Shown here: positions 9,393 to 20,800 of the stretch, piece by piece
How the letters are laid out: every line of letters starts with the position of its first letter
Numbering within the stretch: the first letter of the stretch is position 1
Source of the DNA: Candidatus Saccharimonadota bacterium
Lineage (GTDB): Bacteria > Pseudomonadota > Gammaproteobacteria > Enterobacterales > Enterobacteriaceae
NCBI GenBank assembly: GCA_041941765.1
Contig: CP145869.1
Coordinates: forward strand, 30,001-62,000
Length of the DNA: 32,000 nt
Direction: 5' to 3'
The notes under the pieces: model-generated
The model's input: the letters and a program-made list of their open reading frames with translations, nothing else
Told to the model about the DNA's origin: nothing
Databases searched by the model: none
Translations under genes and position numbers: made by a program

Positions 9393-10490
9393 ATGAATAC
9401 AAAAACAGCTATTACAACTCTTACAATCGCAATGGCGCTAGTTGTAGGATTAGTAGCTACGACTGTACAAGCCGCTGCTACTCATAAAAAAAATTATTGG
9501 TATACTGGTACTAAATTTGGTTGGTCTAAGTACCATGATACAAGTTATAATGGAAATGGTTATCTAAATGATAATGGAATCAAATATAACAATAATCAGT
9601 TTGGTGCCGGTGCCATATTAGGTTATCAAATCAATCCATGTTTAGGATTAGAATTAGGTTATGAATGGTTAGGTCGTCTCCCCAAAAACGGGAGTTCAGT
9701 TAATGGCTTTTTTCAAGCATATGGTATGCAAATGAGTACTAAAATAAATTATCCAATTACTAAAAAAATGGATATCTATACCCGTTTAGGTGGTATAGTT
9801 TGGAGAGCTAACTCTAATCAAAATAATTTAGTTTGGGGGCATATCAGTGATCACCAAACCGGTATTTCACCTTTAGGTGCAGTAGGTCTTGAATATGCTT
9901 TATCTAAAAAAGTAACCACACGTTTAGATTATCAATGGATTAATCAAATTGGACACAATAATTCAGTTGGTTTAAATACTGATAATGGTATGTTTGGAAT
10001 AGGCATTACTTATCATTTTAATCATAATAATACTATTTTACGGCTACCAGCTATAAAAAAAAACATGGTAGAAACCAAACATTTTACTTTAAACTCTGAA
10101 GTGTTATTTTCTTTTAATAATGCCATTTTAACATCTGAAGGTAAATACGAATTAAATAAATTATTTTCTCAAATAAGATTGATGGATCCAACGGATAGTA
10201 CTACAATCGTGATAGGTTATACTGATCATATTGGCTCAGAATATTACAATCAAAAATTATCAGAAAAACGTGCTCAAGTAGTTGCTGATTATCTAATCTC
10301 TAAAGGAATATTAGCAAATAAAATTTTAGTATATGGTAGAGGAAAACATAATTCTATTACAGGTAATACTTGTAATCTAATTCAAAATCGTGATGCATTA
10401 ATTCAATGTTTATCACGAGATCGACGTGTGATAATTGAAGTAGAAGGAATTAAAAAAGTCATAAACAATACAACTAGTCAATTACGTTAA
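9393..10490 (+). CDS. ompA: Outer membrane protein A (beta-barrel plus C-terminal OmpA-like peptidoglycan-binding domain)
   Basis: 365 aa. It has a signal peptide ending VQAA and barrel strands such as GAGAILGYQINPCLGLELGYEWLG. The C-domain TKHFTLNSEVLFSFN...IGYTDHIGSEYYNQKLSEKRAQVVADYL...CLSRDRRVIIEV matches E. coli OmpA. Confidence 0.95.
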   Translation: MNTKTAITTLTIAMALVVGLVATTVQAAATHKKNYWYTGTKFGWSKYHDTSYNGNGYLNDNGIKYNNNQFGAGAILGYQINPCLGLELGYEWLGRLPKNGSSVNGFFQAYGMQMSTKINYPITKKMDIYTRLGGIVWRANSNQNNLVWGHISDHQTGISPLGAVGLEYALSKKVTTRLDYQWINQIGHNNSVGLNTDNGMFGIGITYHFNHNNTILRLPAIKKNMVETKHFTLNSEVLFSFNNAILTSEGKYELNKLFSQIRLMDPTDSTTIVIGYTDHIGSEYYNQKLSEKRAQVVADYLISKGILANKILVYGRGKHNSITGNTCNLIQNRDALIQCLSRDRRVIIEVEGIKKVINNTTSQLR

Positions 10491-10503
10491 TTATAAATTT
10501 TTT

Positions 10504-10530
10504 AACCCCCGTTGTTTTCGGGGGTTTATG
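10504..10530 (+). terminator. Rho-independent terminator of ompA
   Basis: AACCCCCG (10504-10511) pairs with CGGGGGTT (10519-10526) around a 7-nt loop, then a short T tract. This GC-rich stem stands out in an AT-rich background. It lies 14 nt after the ompA stop and 40 nt from the guaA stop. Confidence 0.75.
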
Positions 10531-10567
10531 TAAAAAATATTTAGTTGGATTTTTACTAAAAAATTTG

Positions 10568-12148
10568 TTATTCCCATTCAATAGTAGAAGGTGGTTTACT
10601 AGAAATATCATACACTACACGAGAAATTCCTTTTACTTCATTAATAATACGATTAGCAATATGACCCAGTAAATTATAAGGTAAATGTACCCAAGATGCA
10701 GTCATAAAATCAACTGTTTTTATAGCTCGTAATGATATTACCCAATCATAATTACGAATATCACCCATAATTCCGACCGAACGAACAGGTATAAAAATAG
10801 CAAAGGCTTGACTTACTTTATAATATAATCCAGAATTATATAATTCTTCAAGAAAAATGGCATCAGCCTGACGTAATAAATCACAATATTCTTTTTTTAT
10901 TTCTCCTAGTATACGTACTCCTAATCCTGGTCCTGGAAAAGGATGACGATATAATATTTTATAGGGTATATTAAGTTCTAATCCTATTTGACGTACTTCA
11001 TCTTTGAATAATTCTTTTAAAGGTTCTATTAAATCAAAAGGTATTTGTTTTGGTAAACCACCTACATTATGATGAGATTTAATCATATGTGCTTCACTAC
11101 CTACTAGAGAAGATTCGATGATATCAGGATAAATAGTTCCTTGTGCTAACCATTTGACTTTATAAAGTTTTTTTGCTTCCTGGTTAAAAATATCGAGAAA
11201 AAGACCACCAATAATTTTACGTTTCTCTTCAGGATCTGTGATACCAGCTAATGCTGATAAAAAAATTTGTTCTGCTTGAATATAAATAATATTTAAACCA
11301 AAAAAATCTTTAAAAAGTTCCATTACTTCATTGGCTTCGTTTAAACGAAGTAAACCATTATCAATAAAAATACATGTTAGACGATTTCCAATAATACGAT
11401 TTAACAAAATGGCAGTTACACATGAATCAACTCCTCCAGAAAAACCTAAAATTACATGAGATTTGCAATTACCTACCTTATGGTATAATTTATTTTCTAT
11501 ATCTTTAAGTATTTCTACTGGAGTCCAATTACCTTCACATTTACAAATCTTATAGATAAAGTTTTTTAATAGACGTTGTCCTGATTTAGTTTGAGTAACT
11601 TCAGGATGAAATTGTACACCATAAAATTGTCTTTTTTCATCGGCCATAATAGCTATAGGACACAGATTCGTAACACCAATAATAACAAAATTAGACGGTA
11701 CTTGTATTACTTGATCTCCATGACTCATCCATACATCTAATAATGGTAATTTATTATAATGAAAATTATCCTGGATTTTATCAGTTAAGAGACTCTTATT
11801 AATTATCTTAACCTGTGCATAACCGAATTCTCTTTTATCGGTTTGTTCTACTTTTCCTCCTAATTGTAAAGCCATAGTTTGCATACCATAACATATTCCT
11901 AGTATTGGACATCCAATCTTAAAAACATAAGTCGGAACTTGGGGACTAGTGCTGTCCAGAGTACTATTTGGTCCTCCAGAAAGAATAATTCCATTAGGAT
12001 TAAAATTATAAATTTGCTTTTCGGTAAGATTCCATGTCGATAATTCACAGTAAACTCCTAATTCTCGTAAGCGACGTGCAATTAACTTCGTATATTGTGA
12101 ACCAAAATCCATAATTAAGATTTTATCTTTATGAATATCTTTTACCAT
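10568..12148 (-). CDS. guaA: GMP synthase (glutamine-hydrolysing)
   Basis: 526 aa. [27 protein letters not shown], the GICYGMQ GATase motif, the SGGVDS PP-loop and the C-terminal PPSTIEWE match E. coli GuaA. Confidence 0.97.
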   Translation of the reverse strand: MVKDIHKDKILIMDFGSQYTKLIARRLRELGVYCELSTWNLTEKQIYNFNPNGIILSGGPNSTLDSTSPQVPTYVFKIGCPILGICYGMQTMALQLGGKVEQTDKREFGYAQVKIINKSLLTDKIQDNFHYNKLPLLDVWMSHGDQVIQVPSNFVIIGVTNLCPIAIMADEKRQFYGVQFHPEVTQTKSGQRLLKNFIYKICKCEGNWTPVEILKDIENKLYHKVGNCKSHVILGFSGGVDSCVTAILLNRIIGNRLTCIFIDNGLLRLNEANEVMELFKDFFGLNIIYIQAEQIFLSALAGITDPEEKRKIIGGLFLDIFNQEAKKLYKVKWLAQGTIYPDIIESSLVGSEAHMIKSHHNVGGLPKQIPFDLIEPLKELFKDEVRQIGLELNIPYKILYRHPFPGPGLGVRILGEIKKEYCDLLRQADAIFLEELYNSGLYYKVSQAFAIFIPVRSVGIMGDIRNYDWVISLRAIKTVDFMTASWVHLPYNLLGHIANRIINEVKGISRVVYDISSKPPSTIEWE

Positions 12149-12166
12149 ACATAAGATTCCTATTAT

Positions 12167-13636
12167 TTAACCTACATGATAATTGGGTGGTTCTTTGGTT
12201 AAAACTACATCATGAACATGACTTTCACTAATACCTGCATGACTAATTCGTACAAATTCTGTTTTGGTACGCAATTCATAAATAGTACTACAACCTGTCA
12301 ACCCCATACAAGAACGTAACCCCCCCATTTGTTGATTAATAATGTCTTTAACATTTCCTTTATATGGAACTCTTCCTTCAATCCCTTCTGGAACTAATTT
12401 ATCTATAGCATTATCAGACTGAAAATAACGATCTGAGGAACCATTATGTTTAGACATTGCACCTAATGAACCCATTCCTCTATAAGATTTAAATGCTCTT
12501 CCATGATATAACTCAATCTTACCTGGAGATTCTTTAGTTCCAGCTAACAAAGAACCAATCATAACACAAGAAGCACCAGCAGCAATAGCTTTAGCAATAT
12601 CACCGGAAAATCTAATTCCTCCATCCGCAATAACTGGTATATTTGAACCATCTAATGCTGATACTGCATCAGCAATAGCTGTAATTTGTGGAATGCCAAC
12701 TCCAGTTACAATTCTAGTAGTACAAATAGAACCAGGTCCAATACCAACTTTTACAGCACTAACTCCGGCCTCTGCTAAAGCTAAGGCTCCAGATGCGGTA
12801 GCAATATTACCGCCAATTATCTGTAAATGAGGGTAATTTATACGAGTCTCGCGTATACACTGCAATACTTTTTGAGAATGACCATGAGATGAATCAATAA
12901 GTAAAACATCTATGTCTGCTGTAACCAATGCCTCAATGCGTTTTCTAGAATCAGTTCCAGTACCTACAGCAGCCCCAACCCGTAATCTTCCTTTATTATC
13001 TTTACATGCATTAGGTTTACTTTCAGCTTTTTGAAAATCTTTGACAGTTACCATACCTAATAAATGAAAATTTTGATTTACTACAAGGGCTTTTTCTACC
13101 CTATTCTCATGCATTTTTTGCAAAATAATATCTCTAGATTCTCCCTCTTTTATGGTTACTAAACGATCTTTTGGTGTCATAACCGCGGATACTGGTTGAT
13201 TAAGATCAGTTAAAAAACGAATGTCCCGTGCTGTAATAATGCCAATTAGTTCCTTATTATGATTAATTACTGGATAACCAGCAAATCCATTACGTTCGGT
13301 TAATTTTTTTACTTCCCATAACATAGTTGTTGGTAAAACAGTTTGTGGATCTATAATTACACCTGTCTCATGTTTTTTTACTTTTCGTACTTCTTCTACC
13401 TGTTGTTCAATAGACATATTTTTATGAATAAAACCTATTCCACCTTCTTGTGCTAATGCAATCGCTAAAGCATATTCAGTTACTGTATCCATAGCTGCAG
13501 ATATCATTGGAATATTCAAAGGAATAGTTTGAGTTAACCAAGTAGTAAGATGAGCAGTCTGAGGTAAAACAGTAGAATAAGCCGGAACAAGTAATACATC
13601 ATCAAATGTTAAAGCTTCTTTAGATATACGTAGCAT
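12167..13636 (-). CDS. guaB: IMP dehydrogenase
   Basis: The ORF track starts at 13651. The ATG at 13636 gives [18 protein letters not shown], matching the E. coli GuaB start [18 protein letters not shown]. The catalytic loop [11 protein letters not shown] and the CBS-domain insert are present. Confidence 0.96.
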   Translation of the reverse strand: MLRISKEALTFDDVLLVPAYSTVLPQTAHLTTWLTQTIPLNIPMISAAMDTVTEYALAIALAQEGGIGFIHKNMSIEQQVEEVRKVKKHETGVIIDPQTVLPTTMLWEVKKLTERNGFAGYPVINHNKELIGIITARDIRFLTDLNQPVSAVMTPKDRLVTIKEGESRDIILQKMHENRVEKALVVNQNFHLLGMVTVKDFQKAESKPNACKDNKGRLRVGAAVGTGTDSRKRIEALVTADIDVLLIDSSHGHSQKVLQCIRETRINYPHLQIIGGNIATASGALALAEAGVSAVKVGIGPGSICTTRIVTGVGIPQITAIADAVSALDGSNIPVIADGGIRFSGDIAKAIAAGASCVMIGSLLAGTKESPGKIELYHGRAFKSYRGMGSLGAMSKHNGSSDRYFQSDNAIDKLVPEGIEGRVPYKGNVKDIINQQMGGLRSCMGLTGCSTIYELRTKTEFVRISHAGISESHVHDVVLTKEPPNYHVG

Positions 13637-13757
13637 ATGGTTATATCTCAAATCAAAAATTATATTATTAATAATATTTTTCTATAAAATATTGATCCTA
13701 TCAAATAGATAGGTAATATCAAATATATAATTCATTTTCTTTTAGGATAATTTTTAT

Positions 13758-15107
13758 ATGATACCTTTACCTCATACAATACTTAGTGTTAGTTGTTTAA
13801 ATAAAAAAATTCGTCAGTTAATTGATAAAGGAATAGGAAAAATTTGGTTAAGTGCTGAAGTATCTAATTTTTCTCATCCTGTATCAGGTCATTGGTATTT
13901 TACACTTAAAGATAATAGTGCTCAAGTACGATGTGTAATGTTTCGCAATTGCAACCGTAGTTTTTTATGTCCTAAAAATGGTCAACAAATTTTAGTATTT
14001 GCTGCAATTACTTTATATGAACCCCGAGGAGATTATCAACTTATAGTAGAAAGTATACAACCGGTTGGAGAGGGATTATTACACCAAGAATATCAAAGAA
14101 TAAAACAACTATTAGCTTTAGAAGGATTATTTTCCGATAATTTAAAAAAACCATTACCTAAACCGGCACATCAAGTAGGAATTGTTACATCTACGACTGG
14201 AGCAGCTTTATATGATATATTACGAATATTAAATCGACGAGATCCTTTATTATCTATAATAATTTATCCAGCTATAGTACAAGGTGAGAAAGCTCCAGAA
14301 AGCATTATCAATGCTATTAAGTTAGCAAATAAACGTAAAGAATGTGATGTCCTAATTATAGGACGAGGTGGAGGAAGTTTAGAAGATTTGTGGTGTTTTA
14401 ATAATGAAAATGTAGCACGTACTATATCTTCCAGTAAAATTCCTATTGTCAGTGCAATAGGTCATGAAACTGATGTAACTATTGCAGATTTTGTAGCAGA
14501 TATTCGAGCATCTACTCCTTCGGGAGCAGCTGAATTAATTAGTCGTAATAAAGTAGAATTATTGCGATTGATACAAAATCAACAACAGAATATTGAAATG
14601 GCTATGGATTATATTTTAAAAAAGAAAAATCAGGTATTAATATCTTTATATTATCAGCTTCAACAACAACATCCTCAATTCTATTTGACTAGACAATTAA
14701 CTCTTCTAACCAATATATTTCATTCTTTAGAAAATTTTATAAAAGAAAAAATTAATAAATCTACTCATCAGTATACATATACAAAACAACGATTATTTTC
14801 TTTGCCACTTTTAGCACGTATTAATAAACATCAACAAAATATTCAAAATCTACTATATCTACTTCAAAAAAATATAGTTAATAAATTAAATCATTATTCT
14901 CAATATTTAACATCTCTAATTACACAATTAGAAGCAATGAGTCCATTCGCAACTATTAAACGTGGTTACGGTATTATTATGTTATCTAATGATAAGATTG
15001 TTAAAACTATACATCAATTAAAAAATAAAGATTTAATAAAAATTAGATTGATAGATGGTTTTATTATCAGTAAAGTAATTTATACAGAACCAAATAAGGC
15101 TTTTTGA
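13758..15107 (+). CDS. xseA: Exodeoxyribonuclease VII large subunit
   Basis: 449 aa. WLSAEVSNFSHPVSGHWYFTLKD, GIVTSTTGAALYDI, IGRGGGSLEDLW and GHETD motifs are present. It is divergent from guaB as in E. coli. Confidence 0.95.
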   Translation: MIPLPHTILSVSCLNKKIRQLIDKGIGKIWLSAEVSNFSHPVSGHWYFTLKDNSAQVRCVMFRNCNRSFLCPKNGQQILVFAAITLYEPRGDYQLIVESIQPVGEGLLHQEYQRIKQLLALEGLFSDNLKKPLPKPAHQVGIVTSTTGAALYDILRILNRRDPLLSIIIYPAIVQGEKAPESIINAIKLANKRKECDVLIIGRGGGSLEDLWCFNNENVARTISSSKIPIVSAIGHETDVTIADFVADIRASTPSGAAELISRNKVELLRLIQNQQQNIEMAMDYILKKKNQVLISLYYQLQQQHPQFYLTRQLTLLTNIFHSLENFIKEKINKSTHQYTYTKQRLFSLPLLARINKHQQNIQNLLYLLQKNIVNKLNHYSQYLTSLITQLEAMSPFATIKRGYGIIMLSNDKIVKTIHQLKNKDLIKIRLIDGFIISKVIYTEPNKAF

Positions 15108-15118
15108 TGATCATCAGA

Positions 15119-16495
15119 TTATTTCTTCTTATTATTACTTTCCTTTAAATAAATATTAATAGGAGTACCATTTAACTCTAATGAACGTCTAAAATAATTT
15201 TTGAGATAATTTTTATAAAAATTAGGTAATTTATTGACTTTACGACCATGAATTACTACTAGTTGAGAATTATTATAACCTCCTGAATGAGCATATTTTA
15301 ATTTTATATGACTACGTAATGGTAGTGGATTTTCTTCAATAGCATGGTTCATAATACTTGTCAACTTTCTACTACTATATTTTTTAGTTGAACTAGAATA
15401 CGCTCTTCTTACAGATTCAAAAATATTTTCTATATGGGTAGGAGATAATGACAAAGCAGAAATAAAATGTATACGTACAAAATTCACAAAATTTAAACGA
15501 CATAACAACTTTTTTTTAATTTGTTCTTTTATATTATGAGATATAGTATCCCATTTGTTAACTACAATAACTAAAGACCTGCCATGCGTTAAAATAAGAT
15601 TTAATATTGATAAATCCTGCTCACAAATAGTATCTTGTGCATTAAGAACCATTATAACTACATTAGCCTTATAAATCGTATGTATAGTAGTTATGATTGA
15701 TAACTTTTCACGTTGATCAATAACTTTTTGGTTTTTTCGTAATCCTGCAGTATCAATTAAAAAATATTTAGATTCTTTATATTCAAAAGGAATATAAATA
15801 CTATCACGTGTTGTTCCAGGTTTATTAAAAACTATTACTCTTTCTTCATTGAGTAATGTATTAATAAGTGTGGATTTCCCTACGTTTGGACGACCTACAA
15901 TGGCTAAGTATATTAATGTATTTTTTATAAAAAACGATGGATTTTTAAGTAAAATATTTTCAGTAAAATTATTTTTACACCATAAATAAAGTTGTTCTAA
16001 TAATTTAGTTATACCTCTACCACTAGATGCCGCAATAAAATAAATATTCTTTATTCCTAAAGAGTAAAATTCAGTAGTTGAAAGATTTTGATTTAATCTA
16101 TCAATTTTATTCACTACTAAAAATAAAGGTTTATTGCGAGAACGAATTTTTTTCATTATATAATAATCGCCTGGCAATAATCCAGAATATGCATCAACTA
16201 TGAATAAAATAATATTAGCTTCTTTAATCGCTTTTTCACATTGCAATAATACTTTATGATCTATATTACTTTCTAAGTATAAATGTTTTTCTTTGACCTG
16301 ATCATTAATACCTGCAGTATCAATAACAATAAATTGATATTCTTTAACTATACTTATACCATAATTACGATCTCTGGTCATATTACCATGGTCTGTCACT
16401 AAAGCATTATGATGTGTAGTTGTTATTTTATTAAATAAAGTAGATTTACCTACATTAGGACGTCCAATTAATGCAACTTTTATAAAGTTGGTCAT
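15119..16495 (-). CDS. der: Ribosome-associated GTPase Der (EngA), tandem G domains
   Basis: 458 aa. There are two P-loops (GRPNVGKSTLFN and GRPNVGKSTLIN), two DTAG motifs and two NKxD motifs. The start codon overlaps the yfgM stop (ATGA). Confidence 0.96.
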   Translation of the reverse strand: MTNFIKVALIGRPNVGKSTLFNKITTTHHNALVTDHGNMTRDRNYGISIVKEYQFIVIDTAGINDQVKEKHLYLESNIDHKVLLQCEKAIKEANIILFIVDAYSGLLPGDYYIMKKIRSRNKPLFLVVNKIDRLNQNLSTTEFYSLGIKNIYFIAASSGRGITKLLEQLYLWCKNNFTENILLKNPSFFIKNTLIYLAIVGRPNVGKSTLINTLLNEERVIVFNKPGTTRDSIYIPFEYKESKYFLIDTAGLRKNQKVIDQREKLSIITTIHTIYKANVVIMVLNAQDTICEQDLSILNLILTHGRSLVIVVNKWDTISHNIKEQIKKKLLCRLNFVNFVRIHFISALSLSPTHIENIFESVRRAYSSSTKKYSSRKLTSIMNHAIEENPLPLRSHIKLKYAHSGGYNNSQLVVIHGRKVNKLPNFYKNYLKNYFRRSLELNGTPINIYLKESNNKKK

Positions 16496-17109
16496 GAAAA
16501 TATCTTACAGGAGGTAAAAGAGGTTTTGACGGATTCAGGTAATTTTTTCATTTTAAATTTCATAAGTTGTTTCAAAATGGGTGACGTTGTTAATGCAATA
16601 CCGTTACACCAAAATTTATATGCTTGTAAAAAATTACCTTTTCTGAACCATGCATCACCTTGAAGATCAGCTACTATATCTCTCCAAGTAATTCCTTTAA
16701 TGCTTTTTAGTACATATAAAGCATCATCTATTTTGTGTTGCTGTAATTGAAGACGCGCTAAACGTAATTTAAATATGACCTGTAAATTTACATTAGATAG
16801 GTTTTGTAATCCTTTTTTTAGTTCTAATTCAGCTTCAGAAAAATGTTTTTGTTCTACATCTATTTTAGCTTGTTTTAATGAGATCAAAGTACCAGAAATA
16901 TTCTTATAATTTCTAAATGCTTCTGCCGTTGTGTGTGTTACAATAGAATCATTCTTTTTAAAAAAGTTTTGAGAAATCATCGAAGTTTTTTCTAAACTCT
17001 TGAATTTATGCGTATAATAATACCAACCTCCTACAATCAATAAGATTGTTAAACCTATAAAAAAATAATATAAAAATTTTTTATTATAATATAAACTACG
17101 TTGTTCCAT
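16492..17109 (-). CDS. yfgM: YfgM-family TPR-like inner-membrane protein (ancillary SecYEG-associated protein)
   Basis: 205 aa with an N-terminal transmembrane helix. KLRLARLQLQQHKIDDALYVLKSIKGITWRDIVADLQGDAWFRKGN aligns with E. coli YfgM. Its position between hisS and der is syntenic. Confidence 0.85.
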   Translation of the reverse strand: MEQRSLYYNKKFLYYFFIGLTILLIVGGWYYYTHKFKSLEKTSMISQNFFKKNDSIVTHTTAEAFRNYKNISGTLISLKQAKIDVEQKHFSEAELELKKGLQNLSNVNLQVIFKLRLARLQLQQHKIDDALYVLKSIKGITWRDIVADLQGDAWFRKGNFLQAYKFWCNGIALTTSPILKQLMKFKMKKLPESVKTSFTSCKIFS

Positions 17110-18409
17110 ATGTTTCCTTTTTTAAACCATTCAATATAAATCTAACAACATCTTTTTTTTTGATTATTTGGTTTTGTTTAGTATATAAATTTTTTATTAT
17201 TACATCATCAGTAGCAACTTCTGGTTTTCCTAAGACTAACACTATATGAGCATATTTTTTAGAAGCCTGAGAAAACAATTTTTTTAAGTTATTACTTTGT
17301 CCATAATTTATTATTAATTTTATATTTGGTATACATTCACGTAAGTGTTCTGAGAATATTATTGCTTCTTTTTGTACATCTCGAACTAAATAAATTAAAT
17401 AAACATCTATATTTTGTTTATCTAAAATGTTTAATTCGGTATGTTTAAGGTTCACTAACATAACTAAACGTTCCATACCTACCGCTAATCCTATACTAGG
17501 AGTAGGAGAACCTCCAAGTTGTTCAACTAAACCATCATACCGACCACCAGCACATAACGTCAATTGTGTTCCTTCTATATCATTGGTAACCCATTCAAAA
17601 ACTGTACGATTATAGTAATCTAATCCACGAACTAAAAATGGATCAATTGTATAATTAATTCCAATCAAATCGAGCAATTTACATAATTCAGTAAAATGAT
17701 CTTGTGATTCTTCATCTAAATACTCATGAAGTGTTGGTGCTTGATTTAAGATTCTTCTAATTCTAACATTTTTTGTATCAAGAATTCTCAACGGATTTGT
17801 ATACATACGTTGCTTACTATTCTCATCTAAAATATTTTGGTTAGATTCTAGAAATGAAATCAAAGCCGTTTTATAACGATTACGAGCTCTAAAAGAACCT
17901 ATAGAATTCAGTTTAAGATCAATATAATTCATAATTCCTAATTTACGCCACCATCTAGCTGTTAATAAAATTAATTCAATATCGATATTGGGACCAGGTA
18001 AACCAAATACCTCTACACCAATTTGATGAAACTGACGATAACGTCCTTTTTGTGGTCGTTCATAACGAAACATTGGTCCAGAATACCACAAACGTTGTTC
18101 CTGATTCTTATATAATAATCCTGCTTCTATTGCTGCACGAACACAACCGGCTGTTCCTTCAGGTCTTAACGTTAAACTTTGACCATTACGACTCTTAAAA
18201 GTATACATTTCTTTTTCTACTACATCATTAATTTGACCAATAGCATGGTGAAATAAAGAAGTATCTTCTATAAGAGGTAATTTAATTTCTTGATAACAAT
18301 AACTATTAAGCACTTGTATAATAATTTCTTCAATATGTCGCCATATTACACTTTGTGACGGAAGAAAATATTTCATCCCACGTATAGCCTGGATTCGATC
18401 TTTTAACAT
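17096..18409 (-). CDS. hisS: Histidine--tRNA ligase
   Basis: 437 aa. IQAIRGM..LP, LRPEGTAGCVRA, FRYERPQKGRYRQFHQ and GGRYDGL are class II HisRS motifs. Confidence 0.97.
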   Translation of the reverse strand: MLKDRIQAIRGMKYFLPSQSVIWRHIEEIIIQVLNSYCYQEIKLPLIEDTSLFHHAIGQINDVVEKEMYTFKSRNGQSLTLRPEGTAGCVRAAIEAGLLYKNQEQRLWYSGPMFRYERPQKGRYRQFHQIGVEVFGLPGPNIDIELILLTARWWRKLGIMNYIDLKLNSIGSFRARNRYKTALISFLESNQNILDENSKQRMYTNPLRILDTKNVRIRRILNQAPTLHEYLDEESQDHFTELCKLLDLIGINYTIDPFLVRGLDYYNRTVFEWVTNDIEGTQLTLCAGGRYDGLVEQLGGSPTPSIGLAVGMERLVMLVNLKHTELNILDKQNIDVYLIYLVRDVQKEAIIFSEHLRECIPNIKLIINYGQSNNLKKLFSQASKKYAHIVLVLGKPEVATDDVIIKNLYTKQNQIIKKKDVVRFILNGLKKETYGTT

Positions 18410-18452
18410 TAAAAATTTATCCTGTTGTGTTGTATTGTTTGTATTACTCCTG

Positions 18453-19556
18453 TCAATGATTTTTTTTCTCTAAAAGAGCAGCTTTGGCACGAATTTTTTT
18501 TTCCAATTCATCTATCAATTTATTATTATCTAATCTTTCATGAGTACTAATACCATCTTCATAAAAATTACTAGTATTTTTGCCACCTGTTATACCTAAA
18601 TCCGATATTAATGCTTCTCCTGGACCATTAACCCTACAACCAATAATTGAAACATTCATGGGTGTTACTATATCATCTAAACGATGTTCTAGAGTTTGAA
18701 CTGTACTAATTACATCAAATTCTTGTCGTGAACAACTAGGACAAGCAATAAAATTAATACCTCGGTTACGAATTCGTAACGACTTAAGAATATCGAATCC
18801 TACCTTAACTTCTTCTATTGGGTTAGCAGCTAAAGAAACTCGTAAAGTATCACCAATACCTTCAGATAATAATATACCTATTCCAATAGCCGATTTTACT
18901 GTTCCTCCACGTATTCCTCCAGCTTCTGTAATACCTAAATGTAAAGGATGTTCAATTTTTGTCGATAATAATCGATAAGATTCGACTGCTAGAAATACAT
19001 CGGAAGCTTTAATACTTACTTTAAATTGATCAAAATTCATTCGATCAAAATAATCAATATGACGTAATGCAGATTCTATTAAAGCTTGTGCGGTGGGTTT
19101 TCCACCATATTTTTGCTGTAAATCTTTTTCTAAAGAACCAGAATTGACTCCTATTCTAATAGGAATGTTTTTTTGTTTAGCACAATCAATAACTTGACGA
19201 ATACGCCTTTCATTTCCAATATTACCAGGATTAATACGTAAGCAATCTGCTCCATATTCTGCAGCTTTCAGGGCAATACGATAATCAAAATGAATATCAG
19301 CAACTAATGGAACTTGTACTTGTTTCTTAATAATTTTAAAAGCTTCAGCTGCATCCATAGTTGGTATAGATACACGAACTATATCAGCTCCTACTTTTTG
19401 TAAGGATTTGATTTGTTCAATGGTTTGGTCAATATTAGTAGTAGATGTATTTGTCATTGACTGAACAGAAATAGGAGCATCCCCACCAATTGGCACGTTT
19501 CCAACATAAATTTGTTTGGATTTTCGACGATTTATAATAGTAGCTTTGCTACACAT
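18453..19556 (-). CDS. ispG: 4-hydroxy-3-methylbut-2-en-1-yl diphosphate synthase (IspG/GcpE)
   Basis: The ORF track starts at 19586. The ATG at 19556 ([37 protein letters not shown]) matches the E. coli start region and has GGAG about 10 nt upstream. The cluster-ligand region [10 protein letters not shown]...GCRVNGPGE is present. Confidence 0.95.
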   Translation of the reverse strand: MCSKATIINRRKSKQIYVGNVPIGGDAPISVQSMTNTSTTNIDQTIEQIKSLQKVGADIVRVSIPTMDAAEAFKIIKKQVQVPLVADIHFDYRIALKAAEYGADCLRINPGNIGNERRIRQVIDCAKQKNIPIRIGVNSGSLEKDLQQKYGGKPTAQALIESALRHIDYFDRMNFDQFKVSIKASDVFLAVESYRLLSTKIEHPLHLGITEAGGIRGGTVKSAIGIGILLSEGIGDTLRVSLAANPIEEVKVGFDILKSLRIRNRGINFIACPSCSRQEFDVISTVQTLEHRLDDIVTPMNVSIIGCRVNGPGEALISDLGITGGKNTSNFYEDGISTHERLDNNKLIDELEKKIRAKAALLEKKNH

Positions 19557-19663
19557 AGTTTTCTCCGATATAACCAACATGCACATAAATATATGTGATA
19601 TTATATAATATAATTAATATATTTCTTATTGATAAGTCTAAGTATTTTTGGAATAAATAGGAA

Positions 19664-20800
19664 TTATGAATTTTGAATGGTGCTATGATGAATAACTTGA
19701 CCTGATAACTGTCCACAAGCAGCATTAATATCATCACCTCTGGTATTACGTATAAAAGTCAAAAAACCATATGAAACTAATATTTTAGAAAACGCTTCTA
19801 TATTTTTAGATAAACTTCTTTTATAACAGGAATTAGGATAAGTATTCCAAGGAATTAAATTAATCTTACATGGTATTTTTTTAAGAAGAATTGCTAACTC
19901 ATGAGCATGTTCTATACGATCATTTAATTGATCTATCATTACATACTCAATTGTTATACCTCCATAATTTGCATGTGATTGAATAAAATAACTATATGCA
20001 GCTGCAAGTAGTGAAGTTATATTATATCTTTTATTAATGGGCATAATAAGATTCCTTAATTTATCATTTGGAGCATGAAGAGAAATTGCTAAACCTATAT
20101 CAATTTTTTCTTCTAATTGTTTTAGAGCAGGAACAACCCCGGATGTAGAAATAGTTATATGCCGTTTAGATAAAGCAAAACCAAAATTGTCCAACATAAT
20201 TTCTATAGCTGGAACTACATTGACTAAATTTAGTAAAGGTTCTCCCATGCCCATTAAGACAATATTATTAATAATTCTAAAATTTTTACTTTGACTTACT
20301 TTTTTTTTGAGAATTTTGTTAGCTCTCCAAACTTGACCAATAATTTCTGAAACAGATAAATTACGATTAAATCCTTGCTGTGCAGTATAACAAAAATTAC
20401 ATCCTACTGGACATCCGACCTGAGAAGAAATACAAAGAGTGGCTCTATTATTAGTAGGTATATAAACCATTTCTATTTTTTGTTGATGAGATACCTCAAG
20501 AATCCATTTAATTGTTCCATCAATTGAATAATATTCTTTGAGAATATTAGGGGCATGAATTGTTGAATAAGTATTGAGTTTATAACATAATTTTTTATTA
20601 AGATTAGTCATCATAAAAAAATCTTCACAACCATGATGATAAATCCATTTCATTATTTGACTTGCTCTATAAGGTTCTTCTTTTAAAAAAATCAAAAATT
20701 CTCTCATCTGTTGATGATTAAGATCTAACAAATTAATTTTGCTAGAATGATTAAAATCAAATGATTTTTTCCAATTACTTTTAATAATCGAAGATTTCAT
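19664..20800 (-). CDS. rlmN: Dual-specificity 23S rRNA/tRNA A2503/A37 C2-methyltransferase RlmN (radical SAM)
   Basis: 378 aa. [15 protein letters not shown], the radical-SAM cysteine motif [18 protein letters not shown] and the C-terminal ACGQL are present. Confidence 0.95.
   Translation of the reverse strand: MKSSIIKSNWKKSFDFNHSSKINLLDLNHQQMREFLIFLKEEPYRASQIMKWIYHHGCEDFFMMTNLNKKLCYKLNTYSTIHAPNILKEYYSIDGTIKWILEVSHQQKIEMVYIPTNNRATLCISSQVGCPVGCNFCYTAQQGFNRNLSVSEIIGQVWRANKILKKKVSQSKNFRIINNIVLMGMGEPLLNLVNVVPAIEIMLDNFGFALSKRHITISTSGVVPALKQLEEKIDIGLAISLHAPNDKLRNLIMPINKRYNITSLLAAAYSYFIQSHANYGGITIEYVMIDQLNDRIEHAHELAILLKKIPCKINLIPWNTYPNSCYKRSLSKNIEAFSKILVSYGFLTFIRNTRGDDINAACGQLSGQVIHHSTIQNS

Noticed and set aside
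13697-13713. Palindrome CCTATC-AAATA-GATAGG in the divergent guaB/xseA promoter spacer, considered as a PurR or other operator
   Set aside because: It does not resemble the PurR box (ACGCAAACGTTTGCGT) or any other operator I know. The arms are only 6 bp.
17427-17615. 62-aa ORF on the plus strand
   Set aside because: It is antisense within hisS, whose protein aligns end to end with HisRS. There is no independent support.
19549-19737. 62-aa ORF on the minus strand spanning the rlmN 3' end, the spacer and the ispG 5' end
   Set aside because: It overlaps two confidently called genes in another frame. The sequence is low-complexity and Ile/Tyr/Leu-rich, as expected from AT-rich DNA.
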